This document shows, piece by piece, positions 55,365 to 64,000 of a DNA stretch of 64,000 nucleotides. Source of the DNA: Polyangiaceae bacterium. Its GTDB lineage: Bacteria; Myxococcota_A; Polyangia; Polyangiales; Polyangiaceae. Under the pieces are notes generated by a model that worked only from the letters and a program-made list of their open reading frames with translations, did not search any database and had not been told where the DNA came from. The stretch is from positions 96,001 to 160,000 of the forward strand of contig JANRKO010000023.1 of NCBI GenBank assembly GCA_033763455.1, read 5' to 3'. The position numbers and the translations under genes are program-made. Every line of letters begins with the position of its first letter. Positions within the stretch are counted from its first letter, which is position 1.

Positions 55365-56293
55365 TAGTTTCGCTCGGCATCGCGCGCCATGCGCTCAGGC
55401 AGCGGCGCAAATGTTTGCCCGGATTCGGCGGGCTCGGTATGCACCAACACATCTCGAACATTTGGGAACTGGGCCTTGATCGCGTCAATCACCCAGTGAG
55501 TAACCTCATGCGCTTCCACCACGTTGAGGTGCGGGGCGATCTGTATGTGGAGATCCACATATACAGCACCGGGAACGCCGCGCGTGCGAATTCGGTGGGC
55601 ACTTGCCACACCTGGTACGCTGAGCACCGTGCTTTCAACGCTGTCCCTGTCGAGCTGCGCAGAATCGGCCAAATATCCCCAATTTTTGCGCACAATATCG
55701 ATGCCGGCCCAGCCGATAAAGCCCGCAACCAGAAGCGCCGCGCCAACGTCCGCCCAAGGGTAACCCGAGCGCACCAACACCACCGATGCCAACACCCCCA
55801 ACGTAACGGCTACGTCGCTTTTGGTGTGCGTTGCATCGCTAGCAAGGAAGCTACTGCTCAAGTCCTTGGCCCGCTTCCCTTCATAGGCCGCCACCCCAAT
55901 GTTAACTAAAAGCGTCCCGATGAGCACCACATAGGACGACCTATCCAGCATCGGCGCCACGTTCGCCTCGCCCAACATTCGACCCACAGCGCTGTGCACC
56001 ACGTCGTAAGCCACCAGCATGAGCAAAGCCCCTACAAAACCGGCCGCAGCGAGCTCAATTTTCTGGTGCCCGTAGGGATGACCTCTGTCGGCTGGACGAG
56101 CAGCCCACGCGACGCTCACAATGCCGACGATATTGTTCGACGCGTCCGTCAATGAATGGAAACCGTCAGCGCGGATGGCCAAAGCGGATGCCCAGTACCC
56201 GTACGCGATCTTTCCGACTGCAACAGCTATGTTGAGCCCCAAAGTGACCAAGAGCACATGTCGAACTCCTCGCGCTCGTTGGGCTTCGTCCAT
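55364..56293 (-). CDS. Cation diffusion facilitator (FieF-like) transporter
   Basis: ALAIRADGFHSLTD, HPYGHQKIE, DATHTKSD, DLHI...EAH, VHTEP. ATG 56293. Confidence 0.93.
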   Translation of the reverse strand: MDEAQRARGVRHVLLVTLGLNIAVAVGKIAYGYWASALAIRADGFHSLTDASNNIVGIVSVAWAARPADRGHPYGHQKIELAAAGFVGALLMLVAYDVVHSAVGRMLGEANVAPMLDRSSYVVLIGTLLVNIGVAAYEGKRAKDLSSSFLASDATHTKSDVAVTLGVLASVVLVRSGYPWADVGAALLVAGFIGWAGIDIVRKNWGYLADSAQLDRDSVESTVLSVPGVASAHRIRTRGVPGAVYVDLHIQIAPHLNVVEAHEVTHWVIDAIKAQFPNVRDVLVHTEPAESGQTFAPLPERMARDAERN

Positions 56294-56371
56294 GGGCACC
56301 TGCCTGAATAGCATCGAACCGGGCCGGCCTTACGACAAGCAACGCCGATTTTTCACCCAAAGGCGGCTTAA

Positions 56372-56386
56372 GTGCAGGATTTTCGC
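56372..56386. promoter_or_regulatory. Candidate enhancer box
   Basis: GTGCA-GGATT-TTCGC upstream of the sigma54 site at 56440. Confidence 0.4.
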
Positions 56387-56439
56387 AAAACTCGGTGCCG
56401 CGCGAGCGGCTTAAATGGCTTAGGCATGCTCGCCTCGTT

Positions 56440-56455
56440 CGGCCTGGGTCTTGCA
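56440..56455 (+). promoter_or_regulatory. Sigma54 promoter candidate (usp-usp-kinase)
   Basis: CGGCCT-GGGTC-TTGCA (GG-N10-GC), about 30 bp before the usp ATG. Confidence 0.55.
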
Positions 56456-56486
56456 GATTCGTAGCCACTGGACCCCCACGGAACCC

Positions 56487-56936
56487 ATGCAGTCCATGGA
56501 TCGAATCTTATGTGCAGTAGATTTTTCGGAGGGTGCCCCGTTGGTGCTCAAGCAAGCACTCAACTTGGCTGCGCTGAGCGGTGGGAACGTTGAAGTGGTA
56601 CACGTGTGCAACGTTCCTCCCTATTTCGGGCCTGAGTTGATGGTGTGGGTGGACGCGGGCTCTACTCCCCTTTCCCAAGTCGCTGAAGAAGCGGCACGAG
56701 CACGTCTCGCAGCGCTTCTAGCAGAGCTCACCCCCGAAGAGCGCGCGCGAACTACCACGAGCATCGAATTCGGTCCTCCGGCGGACGCTCTGCTGAGAGT
56801 TGCGAAAGATCGAGAAAGCAACCTCATAGTCATGGGAACGCACGGCCGAACAGGTCTCGGGCATGTAATGCTCGGAAGTGTGGCAGAACGAGTTGTAAGA
56901 AGCTCTCACTGTCCGGTATTGGTGGTGCGCCCCTAA
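56487..56936 (+). CDS. Universal stress protein
   Basis: ILCAVDFS, IVMGTHGRTG...[21 protein letters not shown] 56487 or 56496. Confidence 0.92.
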   Translation: MQSMDRILCAVDFSEGAPLVLKQALNLAALSGGNVEVVHVCNVPPYFGPELMVWVDAGSTPLSQVAEEAARARLAALLAELTPEERARTTTSIEFGPPADALLRVAKDRESNLIVMGTHGRTGLGHVMLGSVAERVVRSSHCPVLVVRP

Positions 56937-56975
56937 GCGACCGAAAGTTTAGAGGAAAGGCAATAGGACCGAAGC

Positions 56976-57449
56976 ATGGCAACTAAACTAAGTAAGATCC
57001 TGGTAGCGGTCGATTTCTCAGAGTGTTCTATGCGCGCTCTCGAGAAAGCGAGCGAGTTAGCCCTTGCGTGTGGGGCCAGTGTCGACATCTTGCACGTCTG
57101 GGAAATGCCGAGCTTTCTGCCCCCAACCACGCTAGTGGGCCCAGATCTGGAGATGCAGCAGCCCCTCCTAGAATTGGTGCGGGAACACGCTGCGAACGAG
57201 CTGGCGCGCTTTGGAGCGGATGCTGCCGCGAAAGGGCTGAAGGTGGGAGCCGCAAGGAGCGCCGAGGGGGATCCATGGCGCACGATCGTTTCAACTGCAG
57301 AACATGACCACTACGACCTGATCGCACTTGGAACCATGGGACGCACGGGCCTTATGCACGTAATGCTCGGCAGCGTCGCCGAAAAAGTCGTGCGCCATTC
57401 ATCCGTTCCCGTGCTCACGGTGCGCATGGCAGAGGCTGCGGTCAAATAG
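56976..57449 (+). CDS. Universal stress protein
   Basis: ILVAVDFS, LGTMGRTG...LGSVAEKVVR.SSVPVLTV. Confidence 0.92.
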   Translation: MATKLSKILVAVDFSECSMRALEKASELALACGASVDILHVWEMPSFLPPTTLVGPDLEMQQPLLELVREHAANELARFGADAAAKGLKVGAARSAEGDPWRTIVSTAEHDHYDLIALGTMGRTGLMHVMLGSVAEKVVRHSSVPVLTVRMAEAAVK

Positions 57450-57489
57450 CTGACATCTTGCGCTTTACCCGCAATCCAGAGCTTTTTGC

Positions 57490-58953
57490 ATGGACGTCGC
57501 CCAGTACGAGAGCATCAAAACCTACGTTGGGTTTGGCGAGGATTCCGCCCAGATGCTGCGCGCGTTCCATGCGGTCGCCTCACCTCACTTCGAAGGTATT
57601 ACTGCAGATTTCTACGACACTCTGGAACGGCATCCGGCAGCACGCGGCGCGATTGTGGGTGGCCGTGAGCAAGTTGAGCGTCTCAAGCGAACGCTGGTCG
57701 CTTGGATGCACTCTGTGCTCCTAGGCCCGCATGATGAAGCATACCTGGCACAACATGCGCGCATCGGGCGGGTGCATGTTCAGATCGGGTTGCCACAGGA
57801 ATTCATGCTCACTGCGATGAATCGAATTCGCGAGCAGTTCCTTGCCCACAGCCAACGCGCCCACGCCGGGAGCGCGACCCTTCAGGCCAAAAGCTCGCGC
57901 GCCATTAATCAGGTGCTCGATTTGGAGCTTGCGATCATGCTCGATAGCTATCGGGACGATCTGCTAATGCTGCGCTTGACTAAAGAGCGCCAAGAAGTTG
58001 CTGAGGCCGTGCCTGTGTTCGTGCTCGCGCTCGACGATAACGGGCGAATACAGCTTTGGAACCGCGCACTTGAAGAAGCTACCGGTTTTCCCCGGACCGA
58101 AATGCTCGGAAAGCCCGGAAAAGAGCTTGTGTCGGACGCGGGCGACAGAAAGCTTCCGATAAAATCTGGCGGCCACCGCATCGCCAGGTGGCGCGCAGCT
58201 CCGGGCTCGGGTGGTCTCACGTACGCGATGGGCGTCGACGTGACGAGCGAAGTGGAGATGCAACGGCGAACCTTACGCGCCGAGCGCCTGGCGGCCGTCG
58301 GAACGCTGGCGGCAGGCCTAGCACATGAAGTGCGCAATCCTTTAAATTCTGCAACTCTTCAGCTTCAAGTGCTCAAGCGTCGCGTTGAGCGCGGTGGTCG
58401 GGACGTCGGCACACTGATGCCCGTATGCGAGGTAGTGCTCGATGAGATCCGACGGCTCGATCATCTCGTTACAGACTTCCTTGCATTCGCGCGACCCAGG
58501 CCGCTGGAGCTCCGCCCTGTGGACCCCAACGAAGTGGTAAATTCCGTGTTGACCCTGGTGCGCGCAGAAGCCGAGTCGGCAGGCATTGAGCTCCAGCTGG
58601 AACAGAGCGTGGGGCTCGGCGTAGTCCCCGCAGAATCTGAACGCTTGCGCCAGGTTCTCCTCAACCTCATGCGGAATGCCATCGAAGCGATGGGGGGCCA
58701 TGGCACCCTTCGGATCACCACGCGTGACCCCGATGCCGAGGGGTTTGTACAGATCGAAGTGCACGACACAGGCCCCGGCTTCCCAGAAGATGCACCCGTA
58801 TTCGACGCGTTCTACACGACCAAAGCGGCAGGAACGGGCCTCGGCTTGGCCATCGTCCACAGCATCGTGACCGACCACGGCGGCACTATTTCGGTGACTT
58901 CAGAGCCGGGGAATACCTGCTTCACGATTCGCCTCCCGACCCAAGCGGGCTAG
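57490..58953 (+). CDS. Globin-coupled (protoglobin)-PAS histidine kinase
   Basis: Protoglobin (YVGF..DFY distal Tyr..RIGRVH proximal His..LDLELAIM), short PAS, H-box AHEVRNPL, NL..NA, DTGPG, GTGLGL. No TM. Confidence 0.92.
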   Translation: MDVAQYESIKTYVGFGEDSAQMLRAFHAVASPHFEGITADFYDTLERHPAARGAIVGGREQVERLKRTLVAWMHSVLLGPHDEAYLAQHARIGRVHVQIGLPQEFMLTAMNRIREQFLAHSQRAHAGSATLQAKSSRAINQVLDLELAIMLDSYRDDLLMLRLTKERQEVAEAVPVFVLALDDNGRIQLWNRALEEATGFPRTEMLGKPGKELVSDAGDRKLPIKSGGHRIARWRAAPGSGGLTYAMGVDVTSEVEMQRRTLRAERLAAVGTLAAGLAHEVRNPLNSATLQLQVLKRRVERGGRDVGTLMPVCEVVLDEIRRLDHLVTDFLAFARPRPLELRPVDPNEVVNSVLTLVRAEAESAGIELQLEQSVGLGVVPAESERLRQVLLNLMRNAIEAMGGHGTLRITTRDPDAEGFVQIEVHDTGPGFPEDAPVFDAFYTTKAAGTGLGLAIVHSIVTDHGGTISVTSEPGNTCFTIRLPTQAG

Positions 58954-58970
58954 CCCAGCGTTGGGGCACT

Positions 58971-59095
58971 ACGCATATTTTGCGCCACGGAACTCCTGCC
59001 TCGCATCGAGTTCGCACTCCATAAAATATCGGATTTTTGGAGGAATCAGCGACCGTTTTGCCTGATTTAGCGAAGCGTGTGCGCATATTTTTCGC
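58971..59095. promoter_or_regulatory. Two candidate enhancer boxes upstream of the NtrC-type gene
   Basis: ACGCA-TATTT-TGCGC (58971-58985) and GCGCA-TATTT-TTCGC (59081-59095), with identical spacers. Confidence 0.6.
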
Positions 59096-59170
59096 GCCAA
59101 CGGGCATGCTTCAGGCGTCCTCGCCGTTCAAATCTGCGCACTTTGCTCTCTGTGACGCTGGTCGAGCAAC

Positions 59171-59186
59171 CGGCACACGCCGTGCA
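59171..59186 (+). promoter_or_regulatory. Sigma54 promoter candidate (activator autoregulation)
   Basis: CGGCAC-ACGCC-GTGCA, about 37 bp before GTG 59223. Confidence 0.6.
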
Positions 59187-59222
59187 TGTGGCGGGCCTAG
59201 AAACCCGGAGCGAGACTCAGCC

Positions 59223-60638
59223 GTGACGACCAAAGGATGCATCCTCATTGTTGATGACGAGGCGAACGCGAGAAGCGCCCTGGCCGAGATCTTGAAGGAG
59301 GAGGGCTACACCGTGGAGACCGCCGCGGATGGCTTCAAGGCACTTGGGCGTTTGACCGATTTCGAGCCCGACGTCGTGCTCACGGATCTGAAGATGCCAG
59401 GGATGGACGGAGTGGAGCTCTTGAGGAAGCTCCGCGAACGCGACCGCGAAGCTGCGGTGGTGTTGATGACTGCCTTTGGGGCTGTGGAAACTGCCGTTTC
59501 GGCCATGCGCGAAGGGGCCGCGGATTATCTTACCAAGCCGCTCAATACCGATGAGCTGTTGATGATCCTGGAGCGCGCCCTCGAACGCCGACGGTTGCGA
59601 CACGAAACTGAGCAACTCAAGACGCAACTCACAGAGCGTTACAATTTCGACAACATTGTCGGTGCTTCCCCCGAGATGCAGCAGGTTTTCAAGAGTATCG
59701 CACAGGTGGCCGGAAGCCGTGCCACTGTGCTGCTTACGGGAGAATCAGGCACTGGAAAAGAGCTTGTGGCGGCGGCTATTCACCATCGCTCACCCAGGCG
59801 TGAGGCGCCGTTCATCAAGCTTCACTGCGCAGCTCTCGCCGAAACGTTGCTTGAAAGCGAGCTATTTGGGCACGAAAAAGGCTCCTACACGGGGGCAGAC
59901 CGGCGACGTGAAGGTCGGTTCGAGCAGGCCAACGGCGGGACACTGTTTTTGGACGAAATTGGGGAGATATCACCATCCACCCAGGTAAAGCTGCTTCGTG
60001 TATTGCAGGAGCGTGAGTTCGAGCGTGTCGGTGGAAATCAAACCATCCAAGTAGACGTACGCGTGATCGCGGCGAGCAACCGCAACCTGAAGCAAATGGT
60101 GGACGAGGGGAAATTCCGCGAAGATCTCTACTACCGGCTCAATGTGATCAACATTGTGCTTCCGCCCCTGCGGAAGAGGCCCACAGACGTTGCAGCGCTC
60201 GCCGCACACTTTCTCAAACGTTTCAGCAAGGAGAACGAAAAGTCAGTCACGCGTATTTCCGACGGTGCGCTCGCTCAGCTGGTTGGCCACTCCTGGCCTG
60301 GGAACGTGCGAGAACTTGAAAACATCATCGAACGAGCGGTGGTCTTGGCAGACGGCCCTGCCATCGAAGTGCACCATTTGCCGCCAGAGATTGCCACCGC
60401 CGCTCGCAATAGCTCCGTTCCGGTCGTCCCAGGCTGCTCACTCGCAGATCTAGAACGGTACGCCATTCTGCAAACGTTGGAGGCCCAAGGAGGCTCAACC
60501 AGCAGAGCCGCCGACATTTTGGGCATCAGTGTGCGCAAGATCCAATACAAACTGCAGGAATACGGAGCCGCGCCCAAGAGCCACTCACCGGCGGTTCACG
60601 CGAGTGATCGTGCCCCAGCCCCGACTATTGGAAAGTGA
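59223..60638 (+). CDS. NtrC-family sigma54-dependent response regulator
   Basis: REC (IVDDE, TDLKMP, KP), [45 protein letters not shown] and Fis HTH. Confidence 0.96.
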   Translation: MTTKGCILIVDDEANARSALAEILKEEGYTVETAADGFKALGRLTDFEPDVVLTDLKMPGMDGVELLRKLRERDREAAVVLMTAFGAVETAVSAMREGAADYLTKPLNTDELLMILERALERRRLRHETEQLKTQLTERYNFDNIVGASPEMQQVFKSIAQVAGSRATVLLTGESGTGKELVAAAIHHRSPRREAPFIKLHCAALAETLLESELFGHEKGSYTGADRRREGRFEQANGGTLFLDEIGEISPSTQVKLLRVLQEREFERVGGNQTIQVDVRVIAASNRNLKQMVDEGKFREDLYYRLNVINIVLPPLRKRPTDVAALAAHFLKRFSKENEKSVTRISDGALAQLVGHSWPGNVRELENIIERAVVLADGPAIEVHHLPPEIATAARNSSVPVVPGCSLADLERYAILQTLEAQGGSTSRAADILGISVRKIQYKLQEYGAAPKSHSPAVHASDRAPAPTIGK

Positions 60639-61132
60639 ACACGGTTCCACAAATACTTGTCCCAACGGACTTTTCGGCAGGGGCGGAGGTCGCACTGGAT
60701 GAAGCGCTCCGGCTTGCTCAGCTCATTCGGGCCGATGTCGTTTTGTTGCACGTGTTAGCACCCTATGTGAACGCCCCATCCCATTTTTTCTTGCAGGAAG
60801 CCGGAAGCCGCAATGCACGGTTAGCGGCTGACATAGCGCGAGATCACGCTCGCTTCAGGCTCAAGAAGTTAGCCGAGCGAGTTCAAGCGGTAACAAGCAA
60901 GACACCGCAGACGCGCGTGGAGTTTGGAACGCCCGACGAGTTAATTGGGACGCTTGCCGAAGAAGGTGGCTACAGGTTTATTGTACTTGGAACCCACGGG
61001 GCCTCAGACACTCCAGAAACATTGGGTAGTGTCGCTGAACGAGTCCTCACACGCGCGCCCTGCCCTGTGCTGGTGGTGCCGCAGGCCGCTGCGCCGGCCT
61101 TGCTTACGGTGGCTGCGGCTTCAGTGTTCTAG
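60635..61132 (+). CDS. Universal stress protein
   Basis: [14 protein letters not shown]...[21 protein letters not shown] overlap with the regulator. Confidence 0.9.
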   Translation: MNTVPQILVPTDFSAGAEVALDEALRLAQLIRADVVLLHVLAPYVNAPSHFFLQEAGSRNARLAADIARDHARFRLKKLAERVQAVTSKTPQTRVEFGTPDELIGTLAEEGGYRFIVLGTHGASDTPETLGSVAERVLTRAPCPVLVVPQAAAPALLTVAAASVF

Positions 61133-61231
61133 GGAATACGCAGCAAAAACCACCAAAAGTGGCCGACAGAGCGAAACATCCGTTCGCCTCCTGTGGCGTG
61201 GCTCCGGGGGGATCACTAGACTGCCGACGCA

Positions 61232-62608
61232 ATGGACTGGCTGCTAGAGACTCCCGACGCTTTTGCACAGCACCTTGAGTCACTTGGCACGCGGCGAGCG
61301 TGCTTTGTATTCGGGGCGACACCCCGTGCGTCACATCCTTCGTTGGAGCCGATGCTCGAAGCAATGGTGGCCACCCTTGGCGCCGGGGGCCACGAGGCCG
61401 TCTTCCTTGAGGTAGGAGAGCGCACAGGCGCTCTCTTCGGTGCATTCGTGCACAGAACGCGGCGAGGGCAAGCCGCAGGTGGGCTGCGACACTGGTCCTA
61501 CGGGTCCATTCGCGCTCTACTAAATGACGGCCTGCGGCTATCGAAGGCCATGACACGCAAAAATGCACTCGCGGGCCTTTGGTGGGGCGGCGGCAAAGGG
61601 ATCATCGCGCAGCAGGCCGGCGAGCGCTATCGCGACGCAGATTACCGCGCCCAGCTGTACCAAGAGTACGGCACGTTCGTGACCTCCCTACGTGGCCTAT
61701 ATGTCACCGCAGAAGATGTAGGCACCCAGCCGGCAGACATTGGTAATGTATTCAAAACCACCCGCTTCGTGACGTGTATTCCCCCTTCCCTAGGTGGCTC
61801 GGGCAACCCATCCATTTCGACGGCCACGGGCGTAATTTGTGCGATGGAGGCCGCTCTTGCCCATCAAGGTTTAGGCGATTTGAACGGCAAGCGCGTGGCA
61901 GTTCAGGGCCTTGGAAACGTGGCCTCTTCGCTCATCGAACAGCTGTTGCGCAAAGGTGTCGCGGAGATTGTTGCGGCCGATATTTCTGAGCCACAGGTGC
62001 AAGCTGCCAGAATTCGCTTCGCCAAACATCCGGTTACCATCTCCGCAGTTTTACCCTCAGACACCAGCATCTTGGCAGAGCCTTGCGATATTCTGGCACC
62101 TTCGGCACTTGGCGGGGTGCTGAATGCCATCACGATTCCGCAGATCAGAGCGAAAATTGTCTGCGGTGCAGCGAATAACCAACTCGACGATGAGGAGCGC
62201 GACGCCCAAGCTTTGGCCGATCGCGGCATCGTGTACATTCCGGATTTCGTGGCCAACCGCATGGGCATCGTGCGTTGCGCCAACGAACAGTACGGAACGC
62301 TTCCGGATGATCCGGCAATTCGCCGCCACTTTGATCGAACGTGGGAAAACTCCGTGTACCTAATCACTGAGCAAGTTCTCAACTTTGCTCGGGAGCGCGG
62401 GCTTACGACCTCAGCCGCTGCCAATCAAGTTGCCGACGAAATGAGTGAGGAGCTTCACCCGATCTGGGAACACCGCGGTAAGCTCACGCTCGAAAGCCTG
62501 CTGGACGAGCTCTGGCACCTCGAAGGGGCCATTCCCGATCCGCGTGCTTCGGGGCCCGTACCCACGCTGAAGTCGCCATTTCTAGAGATCATCGAGCCAT
62601 CAGGCTGA
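61232..62608 (+). CDS. Glu/Leu/Phe/Val dehydrogenase family (leucine dehydrogenase-like)
   Basis: GGLR, MTRK..GGGKG, TAEDVGT, VQGLGNV, PSALGG, GAANNQL, PDFVAN. Confidence 0.88.
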   Translation: MDWLLETPDAFAQHLESLGTRRACFVFGATPRASHPSLEPMLEAMVATLGAGGHEAVFLEVGERTGALFGAFVHRTRRGQAAGGLRHWSYGSIRALLNDGLRLSKAMTRKNALAGLWWGGGKGIIAQQAGERYRDADYRAQLYQEYGTFVTSLRGLYVTAEDVGTQPADIGNVFKTTRFVTCIPPSLGGSGNPSISTATGVICAMEAALAHQGLGDLNGKRVAVQGLGNVASSLIEQLLRKGVAEIVAADISEPQVQAARIRFAKHPVTISAVLPSDTSILAEPCDILAPSALGGVLNAITIPQIRAKIVCGAANNQLDDEERDAQALADRGIVYIPDFVANRMGIVRCANEQYGTLPDDPAIRRHFDRTWENSVYLITEQVLNFARERGLTTSAAANQVADEMSEELHPIWEHRGKLTLESLLDELWHLEGAIPDPRASGPVPTLKSPFLEIIEPSG

Positions 62609-62641
62609 TTCGGCAGGCCGCAGTTTGCCCAACAAAGGCGT

Positions 62642-64000
62642 TCAATTGCAGCGAAGACCGACGCAGCGCCCGGTGTCGCAGTCCGATGGGAGCAGGCACG
62701 CTTCGCTCCGTGCGCACTTGTGGCAACCCACGCCGCCGCAGTCGACGTCTGTTTCTTCGCCGTTCTTCACGTTGTCGTAACATGTGGATGCCACGCACGT
62801 GCCTCGGCACACGAGTGACGTGCACTCGCGATCCAAGCGACACTCCTTTCCAAGGGCGCAAGGCGCGCAGGCGCCACCACAATCCACGTCTGTTTCGTCC
62901 CAGTTTTTCGTTCCATCTGAACAGGATGGAGCAGCGCATACCTGGACAGTGCAGATTTTCGAAGCGCAATCCTTAACGTTGGCGCACATGCGCGACACCG
63001 CACACGGCGGGCAGGTGCCCCCACAATCCACGTCCGTTTCGTTTAACTGCTTTTGGGAGTCAGCACAGCTCTCTGAACGACACGCGCCGTCAATGCATTT
63101 GCCGCTTACACAATCGGCATCCACCACACAGCGCTCAGCATCGCCACACTTGGGGCAGACGCCTCCCCCGCAATCTGTACCGGTTTCCAGGCTATTTTGG
63201 AGACCATCCGTACAGGATGCTGCGGCGCACGTACCCCCTGCACAAACGCTTGAGGCACACTCTCCTCCGTGACGACACTTTTTGCTGGTGGTGCAGCGAG
63301 TGCAACTCCCACCGCAGTCGACATCGGATTCAGTGCCATTTTGAACGAGATCATCGCAGGCAGGCGGTGAGCACCGGTTGAGCGTACACACCCCACTCTT
63401 GCAATCGGTCGCGAGGTTACACTGGGCGCTTATCGGACACTGCCCGCAAAGGGGGCCCCCGCAGTCAAACCACGATTCGGTTCCATTCTGTTGGCCGTCA
63501 CCGCAGGCAGCAGGACGACACTTTTCGCCCTGGCAAACGTTCGTCTGGCAATCACTGACAGATTTGCAAGGTTGCCCCGCGGGACACGCCGGGCACTTAC
63601 CCGCGCAATCAATACCGACCTCATCACCGTTCTTCACGCCGTCACTGCACGTAGGAACGTCGCATGCGCCTTTGGAGGTGCAGACTCCACTCGCGCAGTC
63701 GCCACCGAAGCGACAAGCGTTACCCTCGGAGCAGGGCGCGCAGTCCGGCCCACCGCAGTCGCGGTCCGTCTCGGTGCCGTTCTTCGTCCCATCTGAGCAA
63801 CTAGATCCCCCTGAATTTCCAGCGGCCCCGGCAATTCCCCCCTGACCTCCAAGCGAGGAAGCTCCCCCCAGGGCGGCCCCACCACCCGCCGCCTGACCAC
63901 CGAGGGCAGACGCCGCGCCGGCGCTCCCACCCACCGCAGCCATATTCAGTTCCACGCGTGCGTCTAGCTTGTAGTTATCTTCTACAAGAATGGGACAACC
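62642..64000 (-). CDS. Cys-rich repeat surface protein (8 x CxDGxxNGxETDVDCGG), 5' end outside the window
   Basis: Frame is open to the window edge (GCPILVEDNYK...), followed by a Gly-rich linker and eight ~48-aa Cys-rich repeats. Confidence 0.85.
   Translation of the reverse strand, partial: GCPILVEDNYKLDARVELNMAAVGGSAGAASALGGQAAGGGAALGGASSLGGQGGIAGAAGNSGGSSCSDGTKNGTETDRDCGGPDCAPCSEGNACRFGGDCASGVCTSKGACDVPTCSDGVKNGDEVGIDCAGKCPACPAGQPCKSVSDCQTNVCQGEKCRPAACGDGQQNGTESWFDCGGPLCGQCPISAQCNLATDCKSGVCTLNRCSPPACDDLVQNGTESDVDCGGSCTRCTTSKKCRHGGECASSVCAGGTCAAASCTDGLQNSLETGTDCGGGVCPKCGDAERCVVDADCVSGKCIDGACRSESCADSQKQLNETDVDCGGTCPPCAVSRMCANVKDCASKICTVQVCAAPSCSDGTKNWDETDVDCGGACAPCALGKECRLDRECTSLVCRGTCVASTCYDNVKNGEETDVDCGGVGCHKCARSEACLLPSDCDTGRCVGLRCN

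Noticed and set aside
56384..56400. Sigma54-like CGGCAC...TTGC upstream of the CDF gene
   Set aside because: GG-to-GC spacing is 11 nt rather than the required 10.
59037..59222. Upstream extension of the NtrC ORF
   Set aside because: The region holds the enhancer and sigma54 motifs, and the receiver domain begins right after GTG 59223.
1..64000. rRNA, tRNA, IS elements, integrases, prophage, defence islands
   Set aside because: None recognised. Intergenic gaps are short and show no tRNA-like signature by eye; tRNAscan/Infernal would be needed to exclude small RNAs.

Overview
GC-rich (roughly 60% by eye), gene-dense bacterial chromosomal DNA. The gene content points to a myxobacterium, probably Polyangiaceae/Sorangiineae-like (inference). 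Supporting genes include a eukaryotic-like Ser/Thr kinase beside an FHA-sigma54 activator, lipoproteins with Gly/Ser/Thr linkers, Cys-rich ETDVDCGG repeats, a TonB_C-fused TonB-dependent receptor and a protoglobin histidine kinase. I see about 53 CDS and no rRNA, tRNA, CRISPR array or IS/phage. Housekeeping genes are trpBA, menB, serA, pntAB, arfB, sua5, a DAHP synthase and an HtrA/DegQ protease. There are also two type II toxin-antitoxin pairs and scattered sugar/sugar-acid catabolic genes. Top findings: (1) A minus-strand four-gene cluster (26780-30636) encodes a Zn-ribbon/HhH protein, a pentapeptide-repeat/bactofilin-like fusion, a bactofilin and a bacterial histone (Zn-finger plus two histone folds). 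It is a candidate chromatin-cytoskeleton module. (2) A putative O2-sensing island (51487-62608) has a protoglobin-PAS kinase, an NtrC-type activator and four USPs, with four sigma54 promoters paired with CGCA-N5-TGCG-like enhancer boxes readable in the DNA. (3) A His-less (H to E) pseudokinase is coupled to a CckA-like hybrid kinase, a FecR protein and an Ig/beta-barrel protein. (4) An FHA enhancer-binding protein has lost its GAFTGA loop. (5) A perfect 26-bp palindrome shares its core with the operator upstream of gntR-trpBA. All family calls are by motif recognition from memory; no searches were run.
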